From contig CAVPSJ010000017.1 in NCBI GenBank assembly GCA_963708295.1, positions 96,001 through 160,000 on the forward strand: a DNA stretch of 64,000 nt. Reading direction: 5' to 3'. This DNA comes from an uncultured delta proteobacterium. GTDB taxonomy: Bacteria > Desulfobacterota > BSN033 > UBA1163. Position 1 is the first letter of the stretch. Every line of letters begins with the position of its first letter. Position numbers and translations under genes: made by a program. The notes beneath the pieces were generated by a model. That model worked only from the letters and a program-made list of their open reading frames with translations, was not told the DNA's origin and did not search any database. Below are positions 11,044-21,888 of this stretch, in pieces.

Positions 11044-12351
11044 ATGTTCTACCACCTCTACAATATCCTGCTCACGTTGCTTCTCATTCTTGCAAGTCCT
11101 TATCTTCTCTTCAGGAGCCTTTTCCAGGAGAAGTTTCGACGGGCATTGGCTCAACGGCTGGGATTTTATCAAAGCCCCTCCTTCCAAAGGCCCATTTGGG
11201 TCCACGCCGCATCGGTCGGAGAAGTATTCTGCTCCATTCCTCTTCTGAAGAAGATTAAGAAGGAGTTTCCCCTTTCAAAGATTGTTTTGACGACGATCAC
11301 CTCTACGGGGAATGAGACAGCTAAAACCCGCGTCCCTGAGGCCGACCGAGTCTTTTTCTTCCCGATCGACCATCCCCTCATCATTCAGCGAGCCATCAAA
11401 AAAATCCAGCCCGGGATTCTCCTCATTGCAGAGACAGAACTCTGGCCCAATTTGCTCCGGTCTTGCGGAGAAAAAGGAATCCCTGTGGCTCTCTTCAACG
11501 GGAGGATCTCCCCGAGGTCATTCCGACGTTACCTCCGCTTCAAATTCTTTTTCAAAGAATGCCTGGAATGCATCTCCCTTTTCTTGATGCAGACAGAGGA
11601 AGATCGAAAGCGGATTCTTGAGATCGGAGCGGAGTCTCAAAAAACAAGGACCGTGGGCAATTTGAAATTCGATCAGACCTTCCCTCCCTTCACCCCCGAA
11701 ACCCTGACGAGAACGGCAAGAACCCTCGGCCTTCACGGGACGGAGAAAATCCTTATCGCAGGGTCGACCCATTCCGGAGAAGAGGAGATCCTGGTAAGTC
11801 TTTACAAAGCGTTGAAAGAGATGAATCCCACGCTTGTCCTCATTCTTGCTCCGCGACATCTCGAACGGCTGGAAGAAGTGGAGGGGATCTTAAGAAGAGA
11901 GTCCGTCGCGTGGTCGAGGAAAACGACCCTTTCCCAGGATGCGGGTCGGTCGGATGAAGAACACCCTGAGGTGATCCTCCTCGATACGATGGGGGAGCTG
12001 ATGGGCATTTACGGCCTCGGGACATTGGTCTTTGTAGGCGGAAGTCTTGTCCCCGTCGGGGGCCATAATCCCCTCGAGCCCTTGTTTTTTGAAAAATGCG
12101 TCCTCTTCGGTCCCCATATGTTTAATTTCTTGGAAATCTCTACCCGTCTGATTGAGGAAAGAGGAGCCATCCAGGTATCCGGAAAAGAGGCCCTCTTCTC
12201 GCAACTGAAACGGCTCCTTTTTGACGAAGCGGCACGAAAAGAGGTGGGGCAAAAAGGCCATCAGTTTCTTCAGAAGCATCAGGGGGCAACAGAAAGAATG
12301 TTTGAGGAGATTCGACCCTTCCTAAACGATATTTCAGATTGCAGATTTTAG
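11044..12351 (+). CDS. waaA: Kdo transferase WaaA (KdtA)
   Basis: WVHAASVGE, ETELWPN, GNLKFD, AGSTH, APRHLER, DTMGEL, GGHNPLEP. Confidence 0.95.
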   Translation: MFYHLYNILLTLLLILASPYLLFRSLFQEKFRRALAQRLGFYQSPSFQRPIWVHAASVGEVFCSIPLLKKIKKEFPLSKIVLTTITSTGNETAKTRVPEADRVFFFPIDHPLIIQRAIKKIQPGILLIAETELWPNLLRSCGEKGIPVALFNGRISPRSFRRYLRFKFFFKECLECISLFLMQTEEDRKRILEIGAESQKTRTVGNLKFDQTFPPFTPETLTRTARTLGLHGTEKILIAGSTHSGEEEILVSLYKALKEMNPTLVLILAPRHLERLEEVEGILRRESVAWSRKTTLSQDAGRSDEEHPEVILLDTMGELMGIYGLGTLVFVGGSLVPVGGHNPLEPLFFEKCVLFGPHMFNFLEISTRLIEERGAIQVSGKEALFSQLKRLLFDEAARKEVGQKGHQFLQKHQGATERMFEEIRPFLNDISDCRF

Positions 12352-12407
12352 ATTTCAGATTGAAAAGGTGTTCAATTCGAAATTTGCGATTTGAAATTTG
12401 AAATTCA

Positions 12408-13481
12408 ATGATGCATCGGTTTGATCGATTCCTTTATCGAAAAGAGAAACCCCTTGGGGAGAGGATACTTCTCTTTCCTCTTTACCTCCTCTCTCTGCCC
12501 TATGGATGGATCGTTCGCACAAGATCCCTTCTCTATTCCCTTCAGCTATTGAAAACAAGGACGCTTTCTTGTCCGGTCATCAGTGTCGGCAACATCGCGG
12601 TAGGTGGAACAGGCAAGACCCCTTTGGTGATGGCTTTGGCAAAGGGGTTGATGAGCAGAGGGATATCCGTCGCCATTTTGAGTCGAGGGTATAAAAGAAC
12701 CAAGACCTCTGAACCGGTCGTGAGCGATGGGAGGAACCTCTTTCTCTCACCGGAGGAGTCAGGGGATGAACCCTTTCTGATGGCTCAGGCTTGCAAGGGG
12801 GTCCCTGTCCTCGTCGGGAAAAACCGATTTGCAAATGGCCGGATCGCTCTTCGACAATTTGATATCAAAGGGCTGCTCTTAGACGACGGATATCAGCACC
12901 TTCCCCTCCGTCGAGACCTCGACATTCTGCTCATCGACTCACGCCTTGGCTTTGGAGACGATCACCTTTTGCCAAGAGGAATTCTGAGAGAGCCTTTATC
13001 CCATCTTCGCAGGGCCCATCTATTCCTTCTCACCAAAGTCGAGGATCTTGAGGCCTCGCGATCCATCGAAACAAAAATCAATGAAATCCATCCCCGAGCA
13101 GACGTGTTTCACAGCCATTACCAGCCGATGAGTCTGGTAGATGCTCAAGGGGAGGAAGAAGAGCTTGATTCTCTGAAGGGAAAGAAGATTCTCGCTCTTT
13201 CCGGGATCGCTCACCCGGACTCCTTCTCCTCCCTTTTGAGGAGGTGCGGGGCGGAGATCGCGAACGAAGCGATCTTTCCGGATCACCATCTCTACCTGCC
13301 CAGAGATTTATCCTCCGTCAAAGAAAAAAGCAAAGGAATCGACTGGATTGTCACGACGGAGAAGGATATGTTAAAATTGCGGAGGTTGGGTATGGGCGAT
13401 CTTCCCATCCGGTCCCTTCGAATCGAAATGAAAATCTGGGAAGAGGAAGCGTTTTTTGAAAGGGTCATCTCGCTATTTTGA
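12408..13481 (+). CDS. lpxK: Tetraacyldisaccharide 4'-kinase LpxK
   Basis: SVGNIAVGGTGKTP, LSRGY, GDEP, LDDGYQH, LLPRGILREP, TTEKD. Confidence 0.95.
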   Translation: MMHRFDRFLYRKEKPLGERILLFPLYLLSLPYGWIVRTRSLLYSLQLLKTRTLSCPVISVGNIAVGGTGKTPLVMALAKGLMSRGISVAILSRGYKRTKTSEPVVSDGRNLFLSPEESGDEPFLMAQACKGVPVLVGKNRFANGRIALRQFDIKGLLLDDGYQHLPLRRDLDILLIDSRLGFGDDHLLPRGILREPLSHLRRAHLFLLTKVEDLEASRSIETKINEIHPRADVFHSHYQPMSLVDAQGEEEELDSLKGKKILALSGIAHPDSFSSLLRRCGAEIANEAIFPDHHLYLPRDLSSVKEKSKGIDWIVTTEKDMLKLRRLGMGDLPIRSLRIEMKIWEEEAFFERVISLF

Positions 13482-13501
13482 GAAGAAGAGGAGAGAAGAA
13501 G

Positions 13502-15028
13502 TTGAAAGCACAGGTCAAAATATTCGACACCACCCTCCGGGACGGAGAGCAATCCCCCGGGGCGACGATGAATGTAGCCGAAAAAGTGAGGATCGCCCAG
13601 CAGTTGGAGAAGCTGGGAGTCGATATCATCGAGGCCGGGTTCCCTATTTCCTCTCAGGGGGACTTTGAAGCGGTCAGGACGATTTCGAGAACGATCATCC
13701 ATTCAGAGGTAGCTGCTTTGGCCAGAGCAAATCCCCAGGATATCGACCGGGCCTGGGAAGCGGTCAAGGGGGCCAAATTTCCCCGGCTTCATACGTTCAT
13801 CTCGACCTCCGATATCCATCTCAAGCATCAGCTCAAAAAATCAAAAGAGGAGGTGATTCGGATTGCCTCCCAGTCCGTGGCCAGGGCAAAACGGCTAACT
13901 CCGAATGTCGAATTTTCAGCCATGGATGCCACCCGAAGCGATGTGAAGTTTCTGGCCGCAGTGACCGAAGCGGCGATCCGCGCGGGGGCAACCACCATTA
14001 ACATCCCTGATACCGTCGGTTACGGGATTCCCTCCGAGTTTGGAGCATTGATTCAAACCCTCCGGCAAACGGTGAAAGGGATTGACAGGATTACGCTAAG
14101 CGTTCACTGTCACAATGATCTTGGTCTGGCCGTTGCCAATTCTCTTGCTGCCGTTCAGAACGGCGTCAGACAGGTGGAGTGTACCATCAACGGAATCGGG
14201 GAAAGGGCAGGGAATACCTCCCTCGAAGAAGTCGTCATGACCATCCGAACACGAAAGGATCTCTTCCCGTTCTTTACCCGTGTGAATCCGAAGCATATCT
14301 TTGCCACCAGCCGTTTGGTCTCGAAGATCACCGGCATGGTCGTTCAGCCCAACAAGGCCGTGGTCGGCTCGAATGCCTTTGCCCATGAGTCCGGGATTCA
14401 TCAGGATGGTGTCCTCAAGGAAAAGGAGACCTATGAGATCATGACACCGAAGTCGGTGGGAATCCCGAAATCCTCCCTTGTCCTGGGAAAACTCTCCGGG
14501 CGGCACGCTTTCAAAGAGAGGCTGAAAGAATTGGGATTCCGGCTCTCGGAGGATGATTTTGGCCTGGCCTTCAACCGCTTCAAAGAACTTGCGGACAAGA
14601 AGCGTGAAATCTATGACGAGGATATTGAGTCGATCGTGGTAGAGGAGATCCTCCGGATGCCCCGGCGCTATAAACTCATCTATCTCAACGTCATTGCAGG
14701 AAACATCACCATTCCAACGGCGACTGTGAAGATGGAGGTGGATGGGAAGCTGATGCAGGAGGCAGGTTTTGGCGATGGGCCGGTGGACGCCCTGTTCAAG
14801 ACGATCAAAAAAATCACCCGGACGAAGTCGAAACTCCTCCAATTCGCCATCAATGCGATCACCGGGGGAACCGAAGCCCAGGGAGAGGTGACCGTGAGGC
14901 TGCAGGAAAAGGGTCAGACCGTCATGGGACAGGGGGCAGATACGGACGTCATCGTGGCCAGTGCGAAGGCCTACATCAATGCCCTGAATAAAATAGAGTT
15001 CAAAAAACAGATACGGGTGAGATTATAA
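13502..15028 (+). CDS. leuA: 2-isopropylmalate synthase
   Basis: [39 protein letters not shown]-terminal regulatory domain; TTG start after GAGGAG. Confidence 0.95.
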   Translation: MKAQVKIFDTTLRDGEQSPGATMNVAEKVRIAQQLEKLGVDIIEAGFPISSQGDFEAVRTISRTIIHSEVAALARANPQDIDRAWEAVKGAKFPRLHTFISTSDIHLKHQLKKSKEEVIRIASQSVARAKRLTPNVEFSAMDATRSDVKFLAAVTEAAIRAGATTINIPDTVGYGIPSEFGALIQTLRQTVKGIDRITLSVHCHNDLGLAVANSLAAVQNGVRQVECTINGIGERAGNTSLEEVVMTIRTRKDLFPFFTRVNPKHIFATSRLVSKITGMVVQPNKAVVGSNAFAHESGIHQDGVLKEKETYEIMTPKSVGIPKSSLVLGKLSGRHAFKERLKELGFRLSEDDFGLAFNRFKELADKKREIYDEDIESIVVEEILRMPRRYKLIYLNVIAGNITIPTATVKMEVDGKLMQEAGFGDGPVDALFKTIKKITRTKSKLLQFAINAITGGTEAQGEVTVRLQEKGQTVMGQGADTDVIVASAKAYINALNKIEFKKQIRVRL

Positions 15029-16314
15029 TGGCGACCATTCATCCAATGACGATCACAGAAAAAATACTCGCCTCTCATGCCAAGAAAAGAGAGGTTTCCC
15101 CAGGCGACCTGATCGATGGCCGTGTCGATCTGGCCCTCGGAAACGATATCACCGCTCCTCTGGCTATCCAGGCCTTCGAGGAGATGGGTGCGAAAAAGGT
15201 ATTCCACCGGGATCGTGTCGTCTTAGTCCCCGATCATTTCGCGCCTGCCAAAGACATCCTTTCCGCGGAACAATGCAAAGTCCTCAGAAATTTTGCAAGG
15301 GCCCATCGTCTTACCCACTATTTTGAAATTGGGGAATGCGGGATCGAGCATGCCCTTCTCCCTGAAAAGGGGCTGGTTCTACCGGGGGAGGTGGTCATCG
15401 GAGCGGACAGTCATACCTGTACCTATGGCGCCCTCGGGGCCTTCTCAACCGGAGTGGGCAGCACGGACCTTGCGGCGGTGATGGCCACGGGGAGGCTTTG
15501 GTTCAAGGTTCCGGAGAGCATCAAGTTCATCTTTTACGGAAAGGTCAACCCGTGGGTCTCCGGCAAAGATCTGATTCTCTTTACGATCGGGCAGATCGGC
15601 GTTGATGGAGCCCTCTATCAGGCCATGGAATTTACCGGAGAGACGATCCGGACGCTGCCCATGGAGGGTCGATTCACCATGGCCAATATGGCGGTCGAAG
15701 CCGGGGGGAAATCCGGCATTTTTGATCCCGACCCAATAACCCTCCAGTACGTCAAGAAGAGGGCCGCGAGGCCTTATAAGCTCTACCATAGTGATCCGGA
15801 TGCCAAATACAAAAAGGTATATGAATATGATGCCTCAAGAATCCATCCCCAGGTTTCTCTTCCTCACATTCCTTCGAACAGCAAAGATGTAAAGAAGATT
15901 GGAAAGATCGAGATCGATCAGGTGGTCATCGGCTCCTGTACCAACGGCCGTCTCGAAGACCTCCGGGTGGCGGCAAGGATATTGAAGGGGAAAAAGATTG
16001 CTCCTTCATTGCGACTGATCGTCATTCCTGCCACTCAAGAGGTCTACCGTCAGGCTTTGAAGGAGGGGCTGTTGGAAATATTCCTGTCGGCAGGCGCTGT
16101 CATCAGTCCGCCTACCTGTGGCCCTTGCCTCGGGGGCTATATGGGCGTCTTGGCAGAAGGGGAGAGGTCGTTGGCCACCACGAACCGTAATTTTCGGGGA
16201 AGGATGGGTCATGCCCAGAGCGAGGTCTATCTTGCAAGCCCCGCTGTGGCCGCCGCCAGCGCCGTCAAAGGAAGAATCTGTCATCCGGAAGAGGTCGTAA
16301 GAAAGAGGGGATGA
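15028..16314 (+). CDS. leuC: 3-isopropylmalate dehydratase large subunit (LeuC/HacA type)
   Basis: [35 protein letters not shown]. Confidence 0.92.
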   Translation: MATIHPMTITEKILASHAKKREVSPGDLIDGRVDLALGNDITAPLAIQAFEEMGAKKVFHRDRVVLVPDHFAPAKDILSAEQCKVLRNFARAHRLTHYFEIGECGIEHALLPEKGLVLPGEVVIGADSHTCTYGALGAFSTGVGSTDLAAVMATGRLWFKVPESIKFIFYGKVNPWVSGKDLILFTIGQIGVDGALYQAMEFTGETIRTLPMEGRFTMANMAVEAGGKSGIFDPDPITLQYVKKRAARPYKLYHSDPDAKYKKVYEYDASRIHPQVSLPHIPSNSKDVKKIGKIEIDQVVIGSCTNGRLEDLRVAARILKGKKIAPSLRLIVIPATQEVYRQALKEGLLEIFLSAGAVISPPTCGPCLGGYMGVLAEGERSLATTNRNFRGRMGHAQSEVYLASPAVAAASAVKGRICHPEEVVRKRG

Positions 16315-16690
16315 GGATCAAGAATTCAAGTCGTCAAATAAATGGTCGATTAAGCACTAAACTCGAAGCACGGGCGAAGCATCCCGAAGGGATCAATCCG
16401 AAACAGTTTAAACTCTAAACACCAAGCTCTAAACCCTAAGCAAATCCAAAATCTAAAACTTAAAAGTATACGGTTTGGAGTTTTGTGCTTTGGATATTTG
16501 AGTTTGCCCGCCCTGTTAAGTATGGGATGAGTTATTTCTGGCTTGATTTTCTTGAGTCCTCCGAAAAAGTGAGATCATTGATCTCATACAGATTTCCTTA
16601 ACAGGGTAAAAGCTTAGGATTTCGAGTTTAGAGTTTGACAGGGGTTCCAAATTTCTTAAGATAAAAAATTCGTGAGCAGAGGAAACAACG

Positions 16691-17194
16691 ATGAAGTTAA
16701 ACGGAAGAGCTTGGAAATTCGGATCCGATGTTGACACCGACGCAATCATTCCCGCCCGCTATCTCAATCAGACGGATCCTGGAGAGCTTGCCAGACATGC
16801 AATGGAGGATGAGCGACCCGAATTTGTTCGGGAAGTCAAGAAGGGAGACATCCTTGTGGCCGAAAAGAATTTCGGCTGCGGTTCTTCCCGGGAACATGCT
16901 CCCCTCGCTTTGAAGGCAACGGGGATCTCTTGCGTGATCGCAGAGACCTTTGCGCGCATTTTCTACCGGAATGGATTTAACCAGGGACTTCCCCTCCTGG
17001 AATCCCTTGAGGCGTCGAAGGAAATAAAGGACGGAGATCTGGTTCAAGTGGATCTGACGACAGGAGAGATCTTCGACCTGACACAGCAGAAAAAATATTT
17101 TTCAAAACCCATCCCACCGTTTATGCAGGAACTGATAGAGGATGGGGGATTGATCCTTCACCTCCGAAAAAGGGGGTTGAAGGGAAATAAATAA
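16691..17194 (+). CDS. leuD: 3-isopropylmalate dehydratase small subunit
   Basis: VDTDAIIPARYL, NFGCGSSREHA, FARIFYRN. Confidence 0.93.
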   Translation: MKLNGRAWKFGSDVDTDAIIPARYLNQTDPGELARHAMEDERPEFVREVKKGDILVAEKNFGCGSSREHAPLALKATGISCVIAETFARIFYRNGFNQGLPLLESLEASKEIKDGDLVQVDLTTGEIFDLTQQKKYFSKPIPPFMQELIEDGGLILHLRKRGLKGNK

Positions 17195-17458
17195 AGCCCA
17201 ACCCATCCCAGGCCCGCCTGTGAGATATCGACCTTTCTTCTGAAGATCGGATCAAGCCTCGGTATAAAAGCAAAGAGACTGAAGTCTCCCCTGCCTTGAA
17301 GATTCAAACGTAACAAGTTTGAATGACGTTAGGACAAAATTGCAAGAAAATTGACAAAAACGGTCCTTGCCTGGCATCAAACCCGTTATCTCAACCTGCC
17401 TATCCTCATATTCATAAATAATTACGGATGCTTATATAAGATGTGGCATAGACAAGAG

Positions 17459-17474
17459 TGGCATAGAAAATGCA
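17459..17474 (+). promoter_or_regulatory. Candidate sigma54 (-24/-12) promoter
   Basis: TGGCATAGAAAATGCA: GG at 17460-61 and GC at 17472-73 give the exact GG-N10-GC spacing, about 95 bp upstream of the 17569 start. Confidence 0.55.
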
Positions 17475-17568
17475 ATATTTTAACCCCGTTGAATCCATTG
17501 GACTGCATCTTTATGGAACCTATCTGCTTTTCACCGCAACCCATCTCAAACTCTAGGAGGAAAGGGGT

Positions 17569-18018
17569 ATGAATTACACAAAAACCGTTCTGTTAATCGT
17601 GTTGCTGCTCGTCGTGGGGGCTTGCTCTCCGAAGATCTATGGTACGGTCCAACTCCTGGACCCAAACCTGCAGCCGATTCTGCCTGCGAAGGAAAGTCCG
17701 CAAGGGACCGTGGTGAACATGATCAACACGACAACAACCCTTGAGAAAGCGTCCGGAGCCACCGTATCGGACGGAGAGGGTAAATTCAAGTCGGGTAAGG
17801 ATTACATTATTCCGGGAGTCTATAAAGTTGAAGCCAACAGAATCGGCTACATGACGGAGACGCAGACCGTCAAGATCAAGAAGTTCGGGTCGAAGAAAGT
17901 GGAGTTCAAGCTCAAGAAGATCCCGGAGGGGAACCGCAAGTCCATCGAAGGTTCCAAGTCGGACGAAGATAAGATTGTCAACCCGGGCGAGGTCAATATC
18001 CAGCCGCCCACGATGTAA
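17569..18018 (+). CDS. Small lipoprotein with carboxypeptidase-regulatory-like (transthyretin-like) domain
   Basis: AGGAGG upstream, lipobox VGAC, SDGEGKF...PGVYKVEANRIGY pattern. Confidence 0.7.
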   Translation: MNYTKTVLLIVLLLVVGACSPKIYGTVQLLDPNLQPILPAKESPQGTVVNMINTTTTLEKASGATVSDGEGKFKSGKDYIIPGVYKVEANRIGYMTETQTVKIKKFGSKKVEFKLKKIPEGNRKSIEGSKSDEDKIVNPGEVNIQPPTM

Positions 18019-18098
18019 GCAGATCACTAAAATCCGGGTTCCCACAGGGAGTCGTGGCTGCTCCACTTCTAAAAAGCAGCTTTCCCAGGAGGTCTCTT

Positions 18099-20672
18099 AT
18101 GATGAAGCACGCGATCAGGACGGTTCTTGTGATGTTTGGGGCATTTTCGCTGTTTTCGTGTTCGGGCGAAAACCTGGAACTCAAGGTGAAAGCCCGCCTG
18201 GACGGCGAGCCGGCAGCTCAAGCCAAGGTCATGGTGGACAACGAGGAGCAGGGCCTCACCGGCACGGACGGGATCTTTTCAAAGATCTTAAAGAAGAAAC
18301 CGGGGGTTGAGGTTGAGATCGTTGTCTCCAAGGAGATGCCAGGATACCGAATCCAGCCCTGGAAGGGTAAGTTCGTCATGAAGCTGCCCAAGTCGGGTAC
18401 GATAGACGTGTATGCATTCGACGCGGACCTTGCAGCCACACGATATGTCACGGTCACGGCCACCGAAAAGGGGGCACCTATTGCGGACGCTATCGTCAGG
18501 GTAGCGGGAAAAGAAGTGGGCAAGACGGACGCGCAGGGGGTATTTGTGTACGAGTATAAGACCCTGCCAAAGTCGGGCGCAGACCTCACGGTGACCAAAT
18601 CGGGGTATGCAACATGGCGCAAGACCGGCAAGCTGGAGCCCGGCGAGAAACTCGAAGCCGCACTCAGCAAGCGTGTGGTTGTCACGATCAACACGCTCAT
18701 GGAGGAGTACGGCCAGTCGAATGGCATCCCGGGGATCGCCGTGAATATCAACCATAAGGAAGTAGGCAAGACGGATACCAAAGGCGTCCTTATCTACAAG
18801 TATGACGGCGAAACAGGCAGGAAGGTTCCCCTGACGCTTTCTGCCCCTGGGTACATCCCTGAAACCTGGAAGACCTCGATTGTTCTGGGGGGCGAGGTGA
18901 CTATCCAGCGTTATTTCTACCCCATCACCCCCAGGCCGATTCGCGCGGGGATCTACCGGTTCGTGAGCAACACCCCGAGCGCCGACCTCAAAGAGGTGCT
19001 CAACCAGACCGAGGCGTCGGTGGCTGCGCAACTGTTTAAGTACAGCTGTTTCCGCGAGGTACCGTCCCAGACGCTCCAGGCAGAGATGAAGCAAGCAAAA
19101 TTGAGCATTGAAAAGCTCGCTACAAAGGGGTGGCACGAGACGCCCCTCAAAAAGACAGTAGACATGATCATCCTCGGAAGCGTTGCCAAGGATGAGAAAG
19201 GTTTGCTGATCGAGACGAAGTTTCACACCTCGGGCGGAAAGCTCATCCTGAGCCACATCGCCCGGGCCAAGAACATCGGCGACCTCAACAGCGCAGCAAA
19301 GGAGACGGCCAACGCCGTGCTTGAGCGCTTTCCTTTCGAAGGCACGGTGGTTTCCTCCGAGGGCGAACGGTATCGGATTAACCTCGGTAAATCAGGGTAC
19401 CGGATTGCCAAGGGGACAGACTTTACACTGATGGCCCCCCGTCTCGCAGAGACAGGAAAGGTATCAGGCTACCGCGAGACCGGAAGGCTTAGGGTGAAGA
19501 AGGCCGAAGAAAGCGCTTCGTGGACCGAAATCGAAGAACTGAAAAAAGATGAAAAGATCACGATCGGCGACCGCGTGGTTCGTCGTGTCTATCGCGAAGG
19601 CGAAGAAGAGGCCAGCCGCAACACGTTCATCCTCTCGGCAAAGGGCGGCCTGCCACCGGATGCTTCCCCCCTTGCAGCCGTGAATATCTATGTGAACGAT
19701 GAGTGGCTCGGGTCGACAGGAACGGATGGCAAGGCCGAGGTCCCCGTGCGTCTCAACAAGAGCTTTACGCTGATGCTCTACCGGCACGGATACCAGCCAG
19801 TGACCGAAAGGCTGAAGATCGAAAAGAGCAAAGACGTGAAGGAATTTGTGCTCGCCGTCAACAATGCGATATTCAAGATCGACTCCGAGCCGTCCTCTGC
19901 CGGTGTCTTCGTGGACGGTGAAAAGATCGGACAGACGCCGATCCTTGACGGGAAGCCGGTGAGCCTGGGTTTCCATACGGTCAAAGTCTCTGTGGGCGGG
20001 GACTTCCGAGACTGGGAAGAGGTGGTGGAGTTCTCCAGGAAAGAAGAGGATCGAACGGGCGACCGAAAGATCTTCCTGCCTAAAGACTACCTCAAGATCG
20101 GCCAGCGGGCCCAACAGAAGGGCGATCTCGAAGGAGCGGTCCAGGCCTACAAGAGCACCGAGAAAGGGCACCCGGACTACTCCGAGGCCCATCACCGATT
20201 GGCGCAGATCTACCTCGACGAGAAGGGCGACTACGACGCCGCCACCAGGGAATTCGAGAATGTTCTCTCGCTGCCCGAAAACCAGCAGTTGATCTACAAG
20301 CAGTTTTCAGTGGCCTTCATGAACCTGGGGCATGCGTACTATGAGAAGGGAAATGCCCTCGTACAGAGGGACAAGGAGGCGGCTGCTCAGAATTTCGCTA
20401 AGGCGGTCCAGAATCTACAAATCGCAAAGCAGAACACACGTTTTTTCCCGACCGTGCACTATGACGAGGCCGTGCATGACACCTACTACTATACGGCTCT
20501 CTCTTACCACAAACTCTATCTGATCACGCGGAAGAACAACCTTCTGAACAACGCGAATCTCGCGTGGCGGGAATACTTCGATTTTTTCCCTCGAAAGCTT
20601 GAGGGAAATGGTGCCTTTGAGAAAACCAAGGAAGGGGCGCAGAAATACTGGGATCAGATCAAAAATCTGTAA
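18099..20672 (+). CDS. Large multidomain lipoprotein (repeated beta-sandwich modules, CsgG/FlgT-like middle, PEGA domain, C-terminal TPR)
   Basis: GGAGG SD, lipobox LFSC, repeated G-x-T-[DG]-x-x-G modules, IDSEPSSAGVFVDGEKIGQTP (PEGA), TPR-like helices at the C-terminus. Confidence 0.7.
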   Translation: MMKHAIRTVLVMFGAFSLFSCSGENLELKVKARLDGEPAAQAKVMVDNEEQGLTGTDGIFSKILKKKPGVEVEIVVSKEMPGYRIQPWKGKFVMKLPKSGTIDVYAFDADLAATRYVTVTATEKGAPIADAIVRVAGKEVGKTDAQGVFVYEYKTLPKSGADLTVTKSGYATWRKTGKLEPGEKLEAALSKRVVVTINTLMEEYGQSNGIPGIAVNINHKEVGKTDTKGVLIYKYDGETGRKVPLTLSAPGYIPETWKTSIVLGGEVTIQRYFYPITPRPIRAGIYRFVSNTPSADLKEVLNQTEASVAAQLFKYSCFREVPSQTLQAEMKQAKLSIEKLATKGWHETPLKKTVDMIILGSVAKDEKGLLIETKFHTSGGKLILSHIARAKNIGDLNSAAKETANAVLERFPFEGTVVSSEGERYRINLGKSGYRIAKGTDFTLMAPRLAETGKVSGYRETGRLRVKKAEESASWTEIEELKKDEKITIGDRVVRRVYREGEEEASRNTFILSAKGGLPPDASPLAAVNIYVNDEWLGSTGTDGKAEVPVRLNKSFTLMLYRHGYQPVTERLKIEKSKDVKEFVLAVNNAIFKIDSEPSSAGVFVDGEKIGQTPILDGKPVSLGFHTVKVSVGGDFRDWEEVVEFSRKEEDRTGDRKIFLPKDYLKIGQRAQQKGDLEGAVQAYKSTEKGHPDYSEAHHRLAQIYLDEKGDYDAATREFENVLSLPENQQLIYKQFSVAFMNLGHAYYEKGNALVQRDKEAAAQNFAKAVQNLQIAKQNTRFFPTVHYDEAVHDTYYYTALSYHKLYLITRKNNLLNNANLAWREYFDFFPRKLEGNGAFEKTKEGAQKYWDQIKNL

Positions 20673-20692
20673 GGCCTTCGGGAGGAGGGTAG

Positions 20693-21874
20693 GTGAAGGC
20701 TAAGAGAGACTACCGAGCTCTGGGTTGGATTCTGATTTTTTTGTCGTTTTTCGGCGTGTATGCGGGAATGGCTGACGAACTTCCACCGGTCCCGACGATG
20801 ACGGACCAGAAGCCTGAACTGATTGAGCCCTGGTTCGTCCGACCTTTGGTCAAGATCGAGTCGGGGCGAAATGACTCGAACCCTGCCTGGTCGCCCCGCG
20901 GTGTGTTCGTGGCCTTTGAGCGGAGCGTCGGCGACAAGAAGGAGATCCACATTACCCTTTCTGACGGGACGCCGATCCAAACTGTTTATTTCATGCTTTC
21001 CGACGGGAACAAGGAGACGAAGTTCTTTCTCCCCGGGGTGTCCGAGGAGACGAGCTACAACGCAGGAATCACCTGGGCGCCCGATCAATGCCGGTTCGTC
21101 TACATGAGCAACGGCGGGGAAGGCAACTACGATATTTACCTTCAGGACCTCGGGATCAAGGTCCCAGTACGGCTGACAGACCACAAGGAAAAGGACGGAC
21201 AGGCTGACTGGTCTCCGGTATCCGACCGTCTCGTCTTCGTATCCGGCCGCACCGGCAACGGCGACATCTATCTCCTGGATCTCAAGACCCGCGGTCTGAC
21301 GCGGCTGACCCAGGGAGGCGAGGCCTATCTCTACCCCCGGTGGTCTCCCGATGGCAAGCGGCTCGTGATGATGCGGGGCAGCAGTGAGAACCATAACATC
21401 CTCATGATCAATGATCCTGCAAGACCGACGGAGTCCCAACAAATACTCACGACCTGGCCTTACGACGACCTACGGCCCACCTGGTCGCCCGATGGGAAAA
21501 AGATCGCCTTCTACTCGAACTACAACCCCGAAGGCGATCCCAGGATATGGTCGATCGTTGTGATCGCGGCAGACGGGTCAGATCCCACCGAAGGAGAGGG
21601 GCTCGCTGCAAAGATCGTGGCGACGGACGTCATTCCGGACGTTGAGGTGGGGCCGTCGTGGATGCCGGACAGCAGCCGGATCGTCTTCGTGAAGAATGAC
21701 CGGCGGGAATATAACCCGATCTATGTCGCCGACCTGAAACAGAAGACGATCCTTCCACTCAAAACCGACACCAAAATGAACCATGATATTACATGTTCTT
21801 CGGACGGGACGATCGCTTTCCGCGCTCAGGTTGACCAGTGGGATCAGGTCTTCCTGATGAAACTGAAGGACTGA
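20693..21874 (+). CDS. TolB-like PD40 beta-propeller protein
   Basis: Signal peptide; repeated PAWSP/ADWSP/PRWSPDGK/PTWSPDGKKIAF blades. Confidence 0.85.
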   Translation: MKAKRDYRALGWILIFLSFFGVYAGMADELPPVPTMTDQKPELIEPWFVRPLVKIESGRNDSNPAWSPRGVFVAFERSVGDKKEIHITLSDGTPIQTVYFMLSDGNKETKFFLPGVSEETSYNAGITWAPDQCRFVYMSNGGEGNYDIYLQDLGIKVPVRLTDHKEKDGQADWSPVSDRLVFVSGRTGNGDIYLLDLKTRGLTRLTQGGEAYLYPRWSPDGKRLVMMRGSSENHNILMINDPARPTESQQILTTWPYDDLRPTWSPDGKKIAFYSNYNPEGDPRIWSIVVIAADGSDPTEGEGLAAKIVATDVIPDVEVGPSWMPDSSRIVFVKNDRREYNPIYVADLKQKTILPLKTDTKMNHDITCSSDGTIAFRAQVDQWDQVFLMKLKD

Positions 21875-21888
21875 TAGGAATTCTGGGT

